A stretch of 32,000 bases of DNA, taken from positions 270,001-302,000 of the forward strand of contig NZ_BCZP01000007.1 in the NCBI RefSeq assembly GCF_001598795.1, read 5' to 3'. The DNA comes from Delftia acidovorans NBRC 14950. Lineage in GTDB: Bacteria > Pseudomonadota > Gammaproteobacteria > Burkholderiales > Burkholderiaceae_C. Every line of letters starts with the position of its first letter. Position 1 is the first letter of the stretch. A program made the translations under genes and the position numbers. This document shows, piece by piece, positions 24,465 to 32,000 of this stretch. The notes under the pieces are model-generated. The model was not told the origin of the DNA. It did not search any database and was given only the letters and a program-made list of their open reading frames with translations.

Positions 24465-26546
24465 GTGATCCGCCAGCCCCGCTCCTGCGCTCCCGCATCC
24501 TCACCCGCCCTCTGCTCACCCTCGTTCCGCCTTCGCTCCGCACTGACACACGCCCTGCTGCTCGCAGGCCTGGCCGCCAGCACGCAGGCGCAAGCCCAGG
24601 TCGAGGCCCAATCGGGTGCGCCTGCAGCCCAGGCTTCGCAGACCTTCCAGTTGGGCACGGTCGATGTGCACGGTGCGCGTGATGAGGCGCAGGCCATATC
24701 CGGCGATGAACAGCGACTGGGCGCCGACGAGATGCGCCAGCGCAATGCCGACACCGTGGCCGACGCCGTGCGCCTGCTGCCGGGCGCCACGCTGTCGCGC
24801 AACAATCGCAACGAGGAAATGATCTACCTGCGCGGCTTCGATCCGCGCCAGGTGCCGGTCTTCGTGGACGGCGTGCCGCTGTACGGGCCCTATGACGGCT
24901 ATGTGGACTTCGGCCGCTTCACCACGTTCGACCTGTCCGAGATCCGCGTGGCCAAGGCTGGCGCATCGCTGATGTATGGCCCCAATACGCTGGGCGGCGC
25001 CATCAACCTGGTCACGCGCAAGCCCGTCAAATCCTTCGAGGGCGATGCGCGCATCGGCGCAGGCGCAGGCGGCGAACGCAAGGCCGCCGTGAACCTGGGC
25101 GGCAACCTGGGTACCTGGTACTACCAGCTTGGCGCCTCCTACCTGGACGCGGACAGTTTTCCGCTGCCCAAGGGCTTCAAGGACTTCAAGAAGCAGCCCA
25201 CCGACACGGGCAACTACCGCGACAACGCCTACCGCACGGACAAGCGGCTGTCGTTCAAGCTGGGCCTCACGCCCAATGCCACGGACGAATACGCGCTGGG
25301 CTATGTGCGCCAGGAAGGCGAGAAGGGCAACCCCGTGTATACCGGCAGCGCCACGGGCAAGAACGTCATCCGCTACTGGCGCTGGCCCTACTGGGACAAG
25401 GACAGCGTGTACTTTCTGAGCACCACGCGCATCAATGCCGACAACCTGCTCAAGACACGCATCTACCACGACACCTACCAAAACGGCCTGGACATGTACA
25501 CGGACGCGAGCTACACGCGCCATGACCCCACCAGCAGCTACAAGGACGTGAGCCAGGGCGCCAGCATCGAGTGGGCCAACTACAGTTTCAAGGGCCATGC
25601 GCTGCGCCTGGGCGCGCACTACAAGATCGACGAGCACACCGATGCCGCCTCGGCCAAGGACCCCAGCAAGCACTACCGCGACGTGACGCGCTCCCTGGTG
25701 ATCGAGGACACGATCTCCCTGGCCGAACGCTGGAGCCTGAACCTGGCGCTCAGCCACGACCAGCGCGATGCGCGCGAGGTCTACCAGTGGCCCACGGGCT
25801 CCGCCAGCGCCACCAATGGCGTGGCCAAGCTCGGCTATACGCTGGGCGGTGGCAGCGAGGCGTATTTCATCGCCTCGCACAAGACGCGCTTTCCCACCAT
25901 CAAGGACCGCTACTCGGCACGCATGGGCACGGCCCTGGCCAACCCCGACCTGCAGCCCGAGACGGCCAACCACCTGGAGCTGGGCGTCAGCGGCTCACCC
26001 TGGCAGGGTGGCCAGGGCCAGGCCGCGCTGTTCTACAGCCGCGTGCGCAACCAGATCCAGACCGTGGTCGTGGCCTCGGCCGAATGCGGCGGCACCACCT
26101 GCAACCAGGCGCAGAACGTGGGGCGCACGCGCAACATCGGCATGGAGCTGTCCCTGGCCCAGCAACTGTCCGCGCAATGGGGCGTGAACGCCGGCTACAC
26201 CTACCTGAACCGCCGCAATACCAGCGACTCCAGCATCACGCTGACCAACACGCCGCGCCACCGCCTGCTGGCCGGCGTTCAGTGGCGTCCGCTGGCGCAG
26301 TGGGAATTCAATGCCGAGGTCGAGACCGAGAAGGGCCGCTACGTGCCGCTGTCGGGCAGCGGCCAGCTGCAGACGCTCAAGCTGTCGGGCTACGGCATTG
26401 CCAACCTGCGCGCACGCTACAAGCCGCGCAGCGACATCACCGTGGACTTTGGCGTGGCCAATATCGGCGACAAGTGGTACCAGTTCGATGACGGCCTGCC
26501 CATGCCGGGCCGCAGCTGGTATGTCAACCTGGGCTATCGCTTCTGA
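24465..26546 (+). CDS. TonB-dependent outer-membrane receptor
   Basis: 693 aa with a GTG start. It has a signal peptide (...LLLAGLAASTQAQA) and plug motifs (FQLGTVDVHG, MIYLRGF, VFVDGVPLYGP, YGPNTLGGAINLVTRKP). The beta-barrel ends ...WYVNLGYRF. Confidence 0.9.
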   Translation: MIRQPRSCAPASSPALCSPSFRLRSALTHALLLAGLAASTQAQAQVEAQSGAPAAQASQTFQLGTVDVHGARDEAQAISGDEQRLGADEMRQRNADTVADAVRLLPGATLSRNNRNEEMIYLRGFDPRQVPVFVDGVPLYGPYDGYVDFGRFTTFDLSEIRVAKAGASLMYGPNTLGGAINLVTRKPVKSFEGDARIGAGAGGERKAAVNLGGNLGTWYYQLGASYLDADSFPLPKGFKDFKKQPTDTGNYRDNAYRTDKRLSFKLGLTPNATDEYALGYVRQEGEKGNPVYTGSATGKNVIRYWRWPYWDKDSVYFLSTTRINADNLLKTRIYHDTYQNGLDMYTDASYTRHDPTSSYKDVSQGASIEWANYSFKGHALRLGAHYKIDEHTDAASAKDPSKHYRDVTRSLVIEDTISLAERWSLNLALSHDQRDAREVYQWPTGSASATNGVAKLGYTLGGGSEAYFIASHKTRFPTIKDRYSARMGTALANPDLQPETANHLELGVSGSPWQGGQGQAALFYSRVRNQIQTVVVASAECGGTTCNQAQNVGRTRNIGMELSLAQQLSAQWGVNAGYTYLNRRNTSDSSITLTNTPRHRLLAGVQWRPLAQWEFNAEVETEKGRYVPLSGSGQLQTLKLSGYGIANLRARYKPRSDITVDFGVANIGDKWYQFDDGLPMPGRSWYVNLGYRF

Positions 26547-26568
26547 AGCACGGACTGGCCCTGAATCC

Positions 26569-27444
26569 ATGGAACCGCTCTGCCCCGATCGCCGCCGCCT
26601 GCTGGGCGCCCTGCCCGCGCTGGCAGCCCTGAGCGGCTGCGCCGCCCAGCCGGCCGAACCTGCCAGCGTGAACGTGGCCGTGGTCGGCGGCCTGTCGCTG
26701 TGCGGTGTGTGGCCGCACCTGGCCGACGCGGCGGGCCGCAGCCTGGGCCTGTCCGTGCGCACCGCCGTTGCCGCGCCCAAGGAGGGCGTGATCCCCGCCA
26801 TGGCCCAGGGCCGCGCCCAGCTGCTGCTCATCCACGCCAGCGATGAAGCCATGTCGCTGGAGGCTGCCGGCCTGGCATCGGCCGCGCGGGTCTGGGGCTG
26901 GAACGAGCATGTGTTCGCCGGCCCAGCGCATGATCCGGCCGGGGTGCGCGGCGCGGCCGATGGCGTGGAGGCCATGCGCCGCATCGTTGCCAGCGGCTCG
27001 CCCTTCATCGCGCTGCGCGACCCCGGCAGCTATACCGTGGTCCAGCGGCTGTGGCGCCGCGCCGGCATACGGCCGGACGCCCGCTGGCTGCGCGCCGACA
27101 CCGGGCCGCGCCCCCAGGCCGTGCTGCAGTTGGCGGCCGAGCTCCAGGCCTATGCCGTGGTGGGCCATATCCCGCTGCATTTCGGCAAGATGGGCGCGCC
27201 CGGCATCGAGCTGCTGCTGCACGGCGACCCGCTGATGCGCCGGCCCTATGTGCTGCTCACGCTCGGGCCGCGCCATCCGGCCGACGCTGGCCAGCGCCGC
27301 AGCGCGCAACGGCTGGCCGAGCATCTGCTGTCCGCACCGGGCCAGCAGGAACTGGCGCTGGCCAATGTGGCAGCCGGAGGTCCCTGGATCTTCGGGCGCG
27401 ACAGCATGCCCCTGGTCAACGACACCGGCGGCGGCCAGGAGTAA
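26569..27444 (+). CDS. Tat-signal lipoprotein with a type-2 periplasmic-binding-protein fold, TupA (tungstate-binding)-like
   Basis: MEPLCPDRRRLLGALPALAALSGC carries a twin-arginine motif and a lipobox. The body is collinear with TupA-type proteins as I recall them (...LLLIHASDEA..., NEHVFAGPAHDPAGVRG, FIALRDPGSYTVVQRLWRRAGI). The canonical TTTS and SGT oxyanion motifs are replaced. Confidence 0.6.
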   Translation: MEPLCPDRRRLLGALPALAALSGCAAQPAEPASVNVAVVGGLSLCGVWPHLADAAGRSLGLSVRTAVAAPKEGVIPAMAQGRAQLLLIHASDEAMSLEAAGLASAARVWGWNEHVFAGPAHDPAGVRGAADGVEAMRRIVASGSPFIALRDPGSYTVVQRLWRRAGIRPDARWLRADTGPRPQAVLQLAAELQAYAVVGHIPLHFGKMGAPGIELLLHGDPLMRRPYVLLTLGPRHPADAGQRRSAQRLAEHLLSAPGQQELALANVAAGGPWIFGRDSMPLVNDTGGGQE

Positions 27445-27477
27445 AAACCTGCCTGGATCCCACAAGCACCGCATGCC

Positions 27478-28026
27478 ATGAACTCACCTGCCACCCTGCC
27501 CCTGGCCGCCCTGGTCCATCCCGACGACGAGCATGCAATGGAGCTGCTGCTCGAACGCGTGGCACGCCGCCTGCAAGGCGCGGGCTGGCGCGTGGGCGGC
27601 CTGGTGCATCGCCAGGACCGCTATGCCAACGGCAACAAGCGCATGCAGTTGTTCGACCTGCGCAGTGACCGCCAATTCGAGCTGTCCCAGGACCTGGGCT
27701 GCGCCTCGCGCGCCTGCAGTCTCAACCCCCAGGCCCTGGCCCAGGCCAGCGCCGTGCTTCGCCAGGCGCTGGACGATGGCGTGGATCTGGTGGTAATCAA
27801 CCGCTTCGGCATCGTCGAGGCCTCGGGCCAGGGCTTTGCCGCAGAATTCGCGGCCTTTGTCGAGGCCGGCACGCCCGTGCTCACGGCCGTCGCGGCCCGC
27901 CATCTTGAAGACTGGCGCAGGTACACCGGCAGCCTGCATGCCGAGCTGGCAGCCGATGAGGTGCAGATCGAGCAATGGTGCCAGGCACAGCTTGAGCGCC
28001 GTGGCTGCGCCAGCCCCATCCCCTGA
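27478..28026 (+). CDS. DUF2478-family protein (P-loop-NTPase-like fold without a Walker A motif)
   Basis: 182 aa. It has a Walker-B-like DLVVINRFGIVEASGQGF and the family-typical ELSQDLGCASRACSLN, but no GxxxxGK[ST]. There is no signal peptide, so it is presumably cytoplasmic. Confidence 0.6.
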   Translation: MNSPATLPLAALVHPDDEHAMELLLERVARRLQGAGWRVGGLVHRQDRYANGNKRMQLFDLRSDRQFELSQDLGCASRACSLNPQALAQASAVLRQALDDGVDLVVINRFGIVEASGQGFAAEFAAFVEAGTPVLTAVAARHLEDWRRYTGSLHAELAADEVQIEQWCQAQLERRGCASPIP

Positions 28027-28031
28027 TTTTC

Positions 28032-29093
28032 ATGACCGATCTTCTGTTCACCCGCCGCCGCTGGCTGGGCCAGGCCATGGCGGCACTGGCCTCATCGGCT
28101 CTTGTTCCCGGCCATGCCCAGGCAACCACGATTGCCGCCCGCATGGGACAGATGCCGGACCCTGCCAGGCTGCGCCGCGTATTCGCGGCGGGACCGCCCG
28201 CAGGCGTGCTGGTGGCCACGCTTGCACCGCACAAGCTGCTGGGCTGGCCCCAGCAGCTGGACGATGTCTCGCGCGCCTATCTGGGGCCCACGTTGCAGGC
28301 GCTGCCGCACCTGGGCCGCCTGTCCGGGCGCGGCAGCACCATGCCGCTGGAATCGCTGCTGAAGCTGCAGCCCGACCTGGTGCTGGACGCCGGCACGGCC
28401 GATACCACCTATATCTCGGCCACCGAGCGGCTGGCGCGCCAGACCGGCCTGCCCTGCGTGCTGATCCAGGGCTCGCTGGCCGACCACGCACGCCAGTTGC
28501 GCGAGGTCGGCGCCTTGCTGGGCGAGGCTGCGCGTGGCGAAACCCTGGCCCGCCATGCCGATGCCGTGGCAGCACTGGCGCAGCGTGCCACCCAGGGCAT
28601 GGCACCGGCCGAGCGCCCGCGCGTCTATTTCGCGCGCAGCGCCAATGGGCTGGAAACAGGGCTGGCGGGCTCCATCAATGTGGAAGCCGTCGAGTACGCG
28701 GGCGGGCGCAATGTGGCCGCCGATGCAGGGCGCGGCGGGCTCACGCGCGTGTCCATGGAGCAGATCCTGGCCTGGGACCCGCAGGTCATCGTCACGCAGG
28801 AACCCGGCCTTGCCGAGCGCATGCGCCAGGACCCGCTGTGGCGCGGCGTGGCCGCCGTGCGCTCGGGCCGCGTGCACTGCGCGCCGGTCTGGCCCTTCGG
28901 CTGGCTGGATGGTCCGCCCGGCGTCAACCGGCTGATCGGTGTGCGCTGGCTGCTGGAAAAGCTCCACCCGCAGGCGCCGGCACTGCAGGGACTGCCGCCG
29001 TTGGAACGCGAGGTGCGCGACTTCTACCGCCTGTTCTACGGCGCCGACCTGTCGCCCGCAGCGCTGGGCAGGCTGATGGAGACCGCGCGTTGA
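28032..29093 (+). CDS. ABC transporter substrate-binding protein, iron-siderophore/cobalamin (cluster A, Peripla_BP_2) type, Tat signal
   Basis: 353 aa with the signal MTDLLFTRRRWLGQAMAALASSALVPGHAQA. Family-like segments include LLKLQPDLVLD, RVYFARSANGLETGLAGS and ILAWDPQVIV. It lies directly upstream of the FecCD-type permease. Confidence 0.75.
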   Translation: MTDLLFTRRRWLGQAMAALASSALVPGHAQATTIAARMGQMPDPARLRRVFAAGPPAGVLVATLAPHKLLGWPQQLDDVSRAYLGPTLQALPHLGRLSGRGSTMPLESLLKLQPDLVLDAGTADTTYISATERLARQTGLPCVLIQGSLADHARQLREVGALLGEAARGETLARHADAVAALAQRATQGMAPAERPRVYFARSANGLETGLAGSINVEAVEYAGGRNVAADAGRGGLTRVSMEQILAWDPQVIVTQEPGLAERMRQDPLWRGVAAVRSGRVHCAPVWPFGWLDGPPGVNRLIGVRWLLEKLHPQAPALQGLPPLEREVRDFYRLFYGADLSPAALGRLMETAR

Positions 29094-30106
29094 TGCCTGC
29101 CACAGGCCGCCGCCTGGGGTGGGTGCTTGCGCTGGCCTTGCTGGCCGCCGTGCTGCTGTGGGCGCTGGCGGTGGGTCAGTTCTCCATCGCGCCGCAGCAG
29201 CTGTGGCAGTCGCTTCTGGCGCGCGCAATGGGCACTGCCTCGCCCTTGTCCGCCAGCGCCGAGACCGTGCTCTGGAACATCCGCCTGCCGCGCATCGCCG
29301 CAGGCCTGGCCGTGGGCGCCACGCTGGCGGCGGCAGGCGCAGCCTACCAGGGCATGTTCCGCAACCCGCTGGTCTCGCCCGACATCCTGGGCGTCTCGGC
29401 CGGTGCCGGCCTGGGCGCGCTGCTGGGCATCTTCCTGGGCTGGTCCATGGCGGCCGTTCAGGCGCTGGCCTTTGGCGGCGGGCTGGCCGCCGTGGCCGTG
29501 GTGGTGGCCATCAGCGCCAGCGTGCGCCGGCATGACCCGGTGCTGGTTCTGGTGCTGGCCGGCATTGCGCTGGGCGCGCTGCTGGGCGCGGGCATCGCAC
29601 TGGTCAAGACGCTGGCCGACCCCAATACGCAGTTGCCATCCATCACCTTCTGGCTCATGGGCGGCCTGAGCGCCGTGACCCTGCCCGAGCTGGCTGCCGC
29701 GGCACCCGTGATGCTGTGCGCCCTGCTGCCCCTGCTGCTGTTACGCTGGCGCATCAACCTGCTGGGCCTGCCTGACGAGGAGGCGCTGGCCCTGGGCGTG
29801 CCCGTGGCACGCCTGCGCCTGCTGCTGGTGGCCTGTGCCACGCTGGGCACGGCGGCGGCCGTGTCGCTGGCCGGCATCGTCGGCTGGGTGGGGCTGGTGG
29901 TGCCGCATGTGGCGCGCCTGCTGGTCGGCCCCAATTTCGTGCGCCTGCTGCCGGCCTCGGCCCTGCTGGGCGCGGGCTTCGTGGTTGCGGCCGACACCCT
30001 GGCGCGCAGCGCGACGCGCATCGAGCTGCCGCTGGGCATTCTCACGGCCCTGGTCGGCGCGCCCTTCTTTCTCTACCTGCTGTCGCGCACGGGCCGCAAT
30101 GACTGA
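29093..30106 (+). CDS. FecCD-family ABC transporter permease
   Basis: 337 aa starting at the ATG at 29093, which overlaps the upstream TGA (TGATG). It is a typical FecCD/BtuC protein (IRLPRIAAGLAVGATLAAAGAAYQGMFRNPLVSPDILGVS..., ...ILTALVGAPFFLYLL). Confidence 0.88.
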   Translation: MPATGRRLGWVLALALLAAVLLWALAVGQFSIAPQQLWQSLLARAMGTASPLSASAETVLWNIRLPRIAAGLAVGATLAAAGAAYQGMFRNPLVSPDILGVSAGAGLGALLGIFLGWSMAAVQALAFGGGLAAVAVVVAISASVRRHDPVLVLVLAGIALGALLGAGIALVKTLADPNTQLPSITFWLMGGLSAVTLPELAAAAPVMLCALLPLLLLRWRINLLGLPDEEALALGVPVARLRLLLVACATLGTAAAVSLAGIVGWVGLVVPHVARLLVGPNFVRLLPASALLGAGFVVAADTLARSATRIELPLGILTALVGAPFFLYLLSRTGRND

Positions 30107-30893
30107 AATGCCGACGGCGCCCGTGCTGCAGACGCTGGCCCTGGCCACGGGCCATGGGCGCCGGCGCGTCAGCCAGGGGCTGGACCTGGCCATCACCGCA
30201 GGCGAGGTGCTGTGCCTGCTGGGCCCCAACGGCTGCGGCAAGACCACGCTGTTCCGCACCGTGCTGGGCCTGCTGGCGCCGCTGGCCGGAGAGGTGCGCG
30301 TGCAGGGCCAGCCCGTGCACAGCTGGCCGCGTGCCGAGTTTGCGCGGCGCGTGGGCTATGTGCCCCAGGCGCAGGCCGGCGTCTTCGGCTTCGAAGCGCT
30401 GGACATGGTGCTCATGGGCCGTGCCGCGCGCCTGCCTGCGCTGGCCCGGCCTTCAAGTGCCGACCGTGCCCTGGCGCGGGGCTGCCTGGAGCAGTTGGGC
30501 ATCGCCCATCTGGCGCTGCGCCCCTATACCGAGCTGAGCGGCGGCGAGCGCCAGCTGGTGCTGATCGCACGCGCCCTGGCCCAGGAGCCCGCGCTGCTGG
30601 TCATGGACGAGCCCACGGCCAGCCTGGACTTCGGCAACCAGATCCGCGTGCTGGACCAGATTGCCGCGCTGCGTGCACGCGGCATGGCCGTGCTGCTGTC
30701 CACCCACCAGCCCGAGCATGCGCTGCAGGTGGCCGACCGCATCGCCCTGCTGGGCCGCGGCGGCCTGCAGGCCTGCGGTGCGGCGGCGCAGGTGGCGACA
30801 CCGGCCGCGCTGGCTGCGCTCTATGGGGTGAGCGAGGCGGCGGTGGCGGCGCGGCTGCCGGCAGACCTGGACAGGCGCAGCGTTGGCATCTAG
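30099..30893 (+). CDS. ABC transporter ATP-binding protein (FecE/BtuD type)
   Basis: 264 aa. Walker A GPNGCGKTT, signature LSGGERQ and Walker B LLVMDEP are present. The start overlaps the permease stop by 8 nt. Confidence 0.88.
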   Translation: MTEMPTAPVLQTLALATGHGRRRVSQGLDLAITAGEVLCLLGPNGCGKTTLFRTVLGLLAPLAGEVRVQGQPVHSWPRAEFARRVGYVPQAQAGVFGFEALDMVLMGRAARLPALARPSSADRALARGCLEQLGIAHLALRPYTELSGGERQLVLIARALAQEPALLVMDEPTASLDFGNQIRVLDQIAALRARGMAVLLSTHQPEHALQVADRIALLGRGGLQACGAAAQVATPAALAALYGVSEAAVAARLPADLDRRSVGI

Positions 30894-31933
30894 TGCTTGG
30901 GAACGGGCAGCCTCCAGCCAGGCGGGGGCTGCAGCGGGCGACCTGCGTCCTTGAGCATGCGCTCCAGCAGTTGCTGTTCGCTGTGGATGGAGGGATCGGA
31001 CAACAGCCGGACAAACGGATCGCCACCCGCCTGCATGCTCAGTGGGTTGGACTCGTGCATCAGCCAGTCCAGCTGGCGCCGCCGGGACTGCGCTGCAGCG
31101 CGCTCGGCCGGGGTTCTGGCAAGCCAGCGCCGTATCGCCAGCCCAAAGGCCTCATCCAGCACGGTGGATGCGCGTTCCGTCATCAGGTGCGCCACATGCA
31201 GGCAGTCGGCATCTCGCGCCGGGGCATCGCCCCGCTTTTCGGGCTTGCAGGCATCGATCAAGGTCCGGTAGCCGGGCAGTTCAAAGGCCGCCCAGATGCC
31301 CATGGCCGTGATGGCAGCGCCTTCCTCGGGGCGGTAGGGCTGCCCACCTCCAAACGCCTGCAACTCCTCGGCCGTGGGCGGGTGTTTCAGCAGCGCCGAC
31401 TGCATCCAGCGCACGCCCTCATACATGTGCAGGTCCGCATAGCGGCTGTCGCGCGCGGCAGTCAGCAACTCCTGCGGCCCCAGCGCCTGCCACATCAGCG
31501 CAGTGAGATTGCTGGGTTCCAGCGCCAGCCAGCGGCGCGCAGCCTGCAACCGCAACTCGCCTTCACGTTCAGGCGCCCTGGCAGCCAGCAGTTGGTAGGC
31601 CAGCACGTCCTGCCCGGCCCGCTCCAAGGCGGCCTGGCGCCATTGCGGGGCTCGGCTGTCGGCATCCTCTTGTAGGAAGGGTGGGACCGACAGATTGATC
31701 AGGATGGCCGCAAAGGCCAGATCGCGCCCGCTGCCGGAACCGGCCAACTGCGCCGCCACGCGATGCAGATACGCATCCCAGGCCGATTCCTGTGCGGATT
31801 CGTCGGGTTCAGGCGTGTCAGCTGTGTGCGCTGCTGACAACGGGGACGGCGGCTGTGCCGGCTTCTGGACCTGCGCCTGAGCAGCAGTTGCCAACGCCAA
31901 GGCCAGCCCGATGGTGGCACAACGGTTTCGCAT
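30890..31933 (-). CDS. exported protein of unknown function
   Basis: 347 aa starting at the ATG at 31933, with GGAGG 8 nt upstream. The signal peptide is MRNRCATIGLALALATAAQAQ, followed by a Pro/Glu-rich linker and an Ala/Leu/Arg-rich helical body with two Cys. I recognise no family. Its stop overlaps the convergent ATPase stop (CTAG at 30890-30893). Confidence 0.6.
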   Translation of the reverse strand: MRNRCATIGLALALATAAQAQVQKPAQPPSPLSAAHTADTPEPDESAQESAWDAYLHRVAAQLAGSGSGRDLAFAAILINLSVPPFLQEDADSRAPQWRQAALERAGQDVLAYQLLAARAPEREGELRLQAARRWLALEPSNLTALMWQALGPQELLTAARDSRYADLHMYEGVRWMQSALLKHPPTAEELQAFGGGQPYRPEEGAAITAMGIWAAFELPGYRTLIDACKPEKRGDAPARDADCLHVAHLMTERASTVLDEAFGLAIRRWLARTPAERAAAQSRRRQLDWLMHESNPLSMQAGGDPFVRLLSDPSIHSEQQLLERMLKDAGRPLQPPPGWRLPVPKH

Positions 31934-32000
31934 TCTGAAATCCTCCCTCTGGCCGGAAAGCATATCGGCCGCTCATGCGTTTGACATGCCCGGCCCCACA

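Noticed and set aside
24516-25973. 485-aa minus-strand ORF, and several other 100-400-aa ORFs inside the receptor gene
   Set aside because: They are antisense or off-frame to a TonB-dependent receptor with plug and barrel motifs and a terminal aromatic residue.
27836-29092. First 419 codons of the 756-aa plus-strand ORF 27836-30106
   Set aside because: This part overlaps the DUF2478 and binding-protein genes out of frame and is an Arg/Ala/Pro/Gly-rich artefact. Only the portion from the ATG at 29093 is the FecCD permease.

Overview
GC-rich segment (mid-60s % GC by eye, not computed). Protein sequences and gene order suggest a Burkholderiales/Comamonadaceae-type betaproteobacterial chromosome; this is an inference. 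I can support about 37 protein genes. I see no rRNA, tRNA, CRISPR array, IS element or phage gene.

Gene order, left to right:
- thrS 5' end (-) and isocitrate lyase aceA (-)
- a DMT/EamA transporter, a SWIB-domain protein and an FMN-dependent 2-hydroxy-acid oxidase
- an iron block: bfd-tonB-exbB-exbD, then hemP
- a GlcG/DUF336 protein (-), a BI-1/YccA membrane protein, a small lipoprotein, rlmD (-) and a small exported protein (-)
- a GbsR/MarR-type regulator followed by an SDR / DoxX-like / DUF2269 operon
- a minus-strand sulfur-starvation block: sbp, then ssuA-like, ssuA, ssuD, ssuC, ssuB, ssuF
- yggX, a TRIC/UPF0126 channel and mnmC
- a six-gene operon: TonB-dependent receptor, TupA-like Tat lipoprotein, DUF2478 protein and a FecBCD-type ABC importer
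- a convergent exported protein of unknown function

Two observations stand out.
1. The thrS 5' leader has the anatomy of a classical leader-peptide transcription attenuator. It has a 15-codon ORF with tandem Thr codons, mutually exclusive 1:2, 2:3 and 3:4 pairings, and an intrinsic terminator about 40 nt before the thrS start.
2. The receptor/ABC operon combines two unrelated periplasmic binding proteins with a DUF2478 protein, and a ModE-operator-like sequence overlaps its promoter. This suggests TonB-dependent uptake of a molybdenum or tungsten species, which is a hypothesis only.

Most of the long ORFs in the supplied track are antisense or off-frame artefacts of the high GC content.
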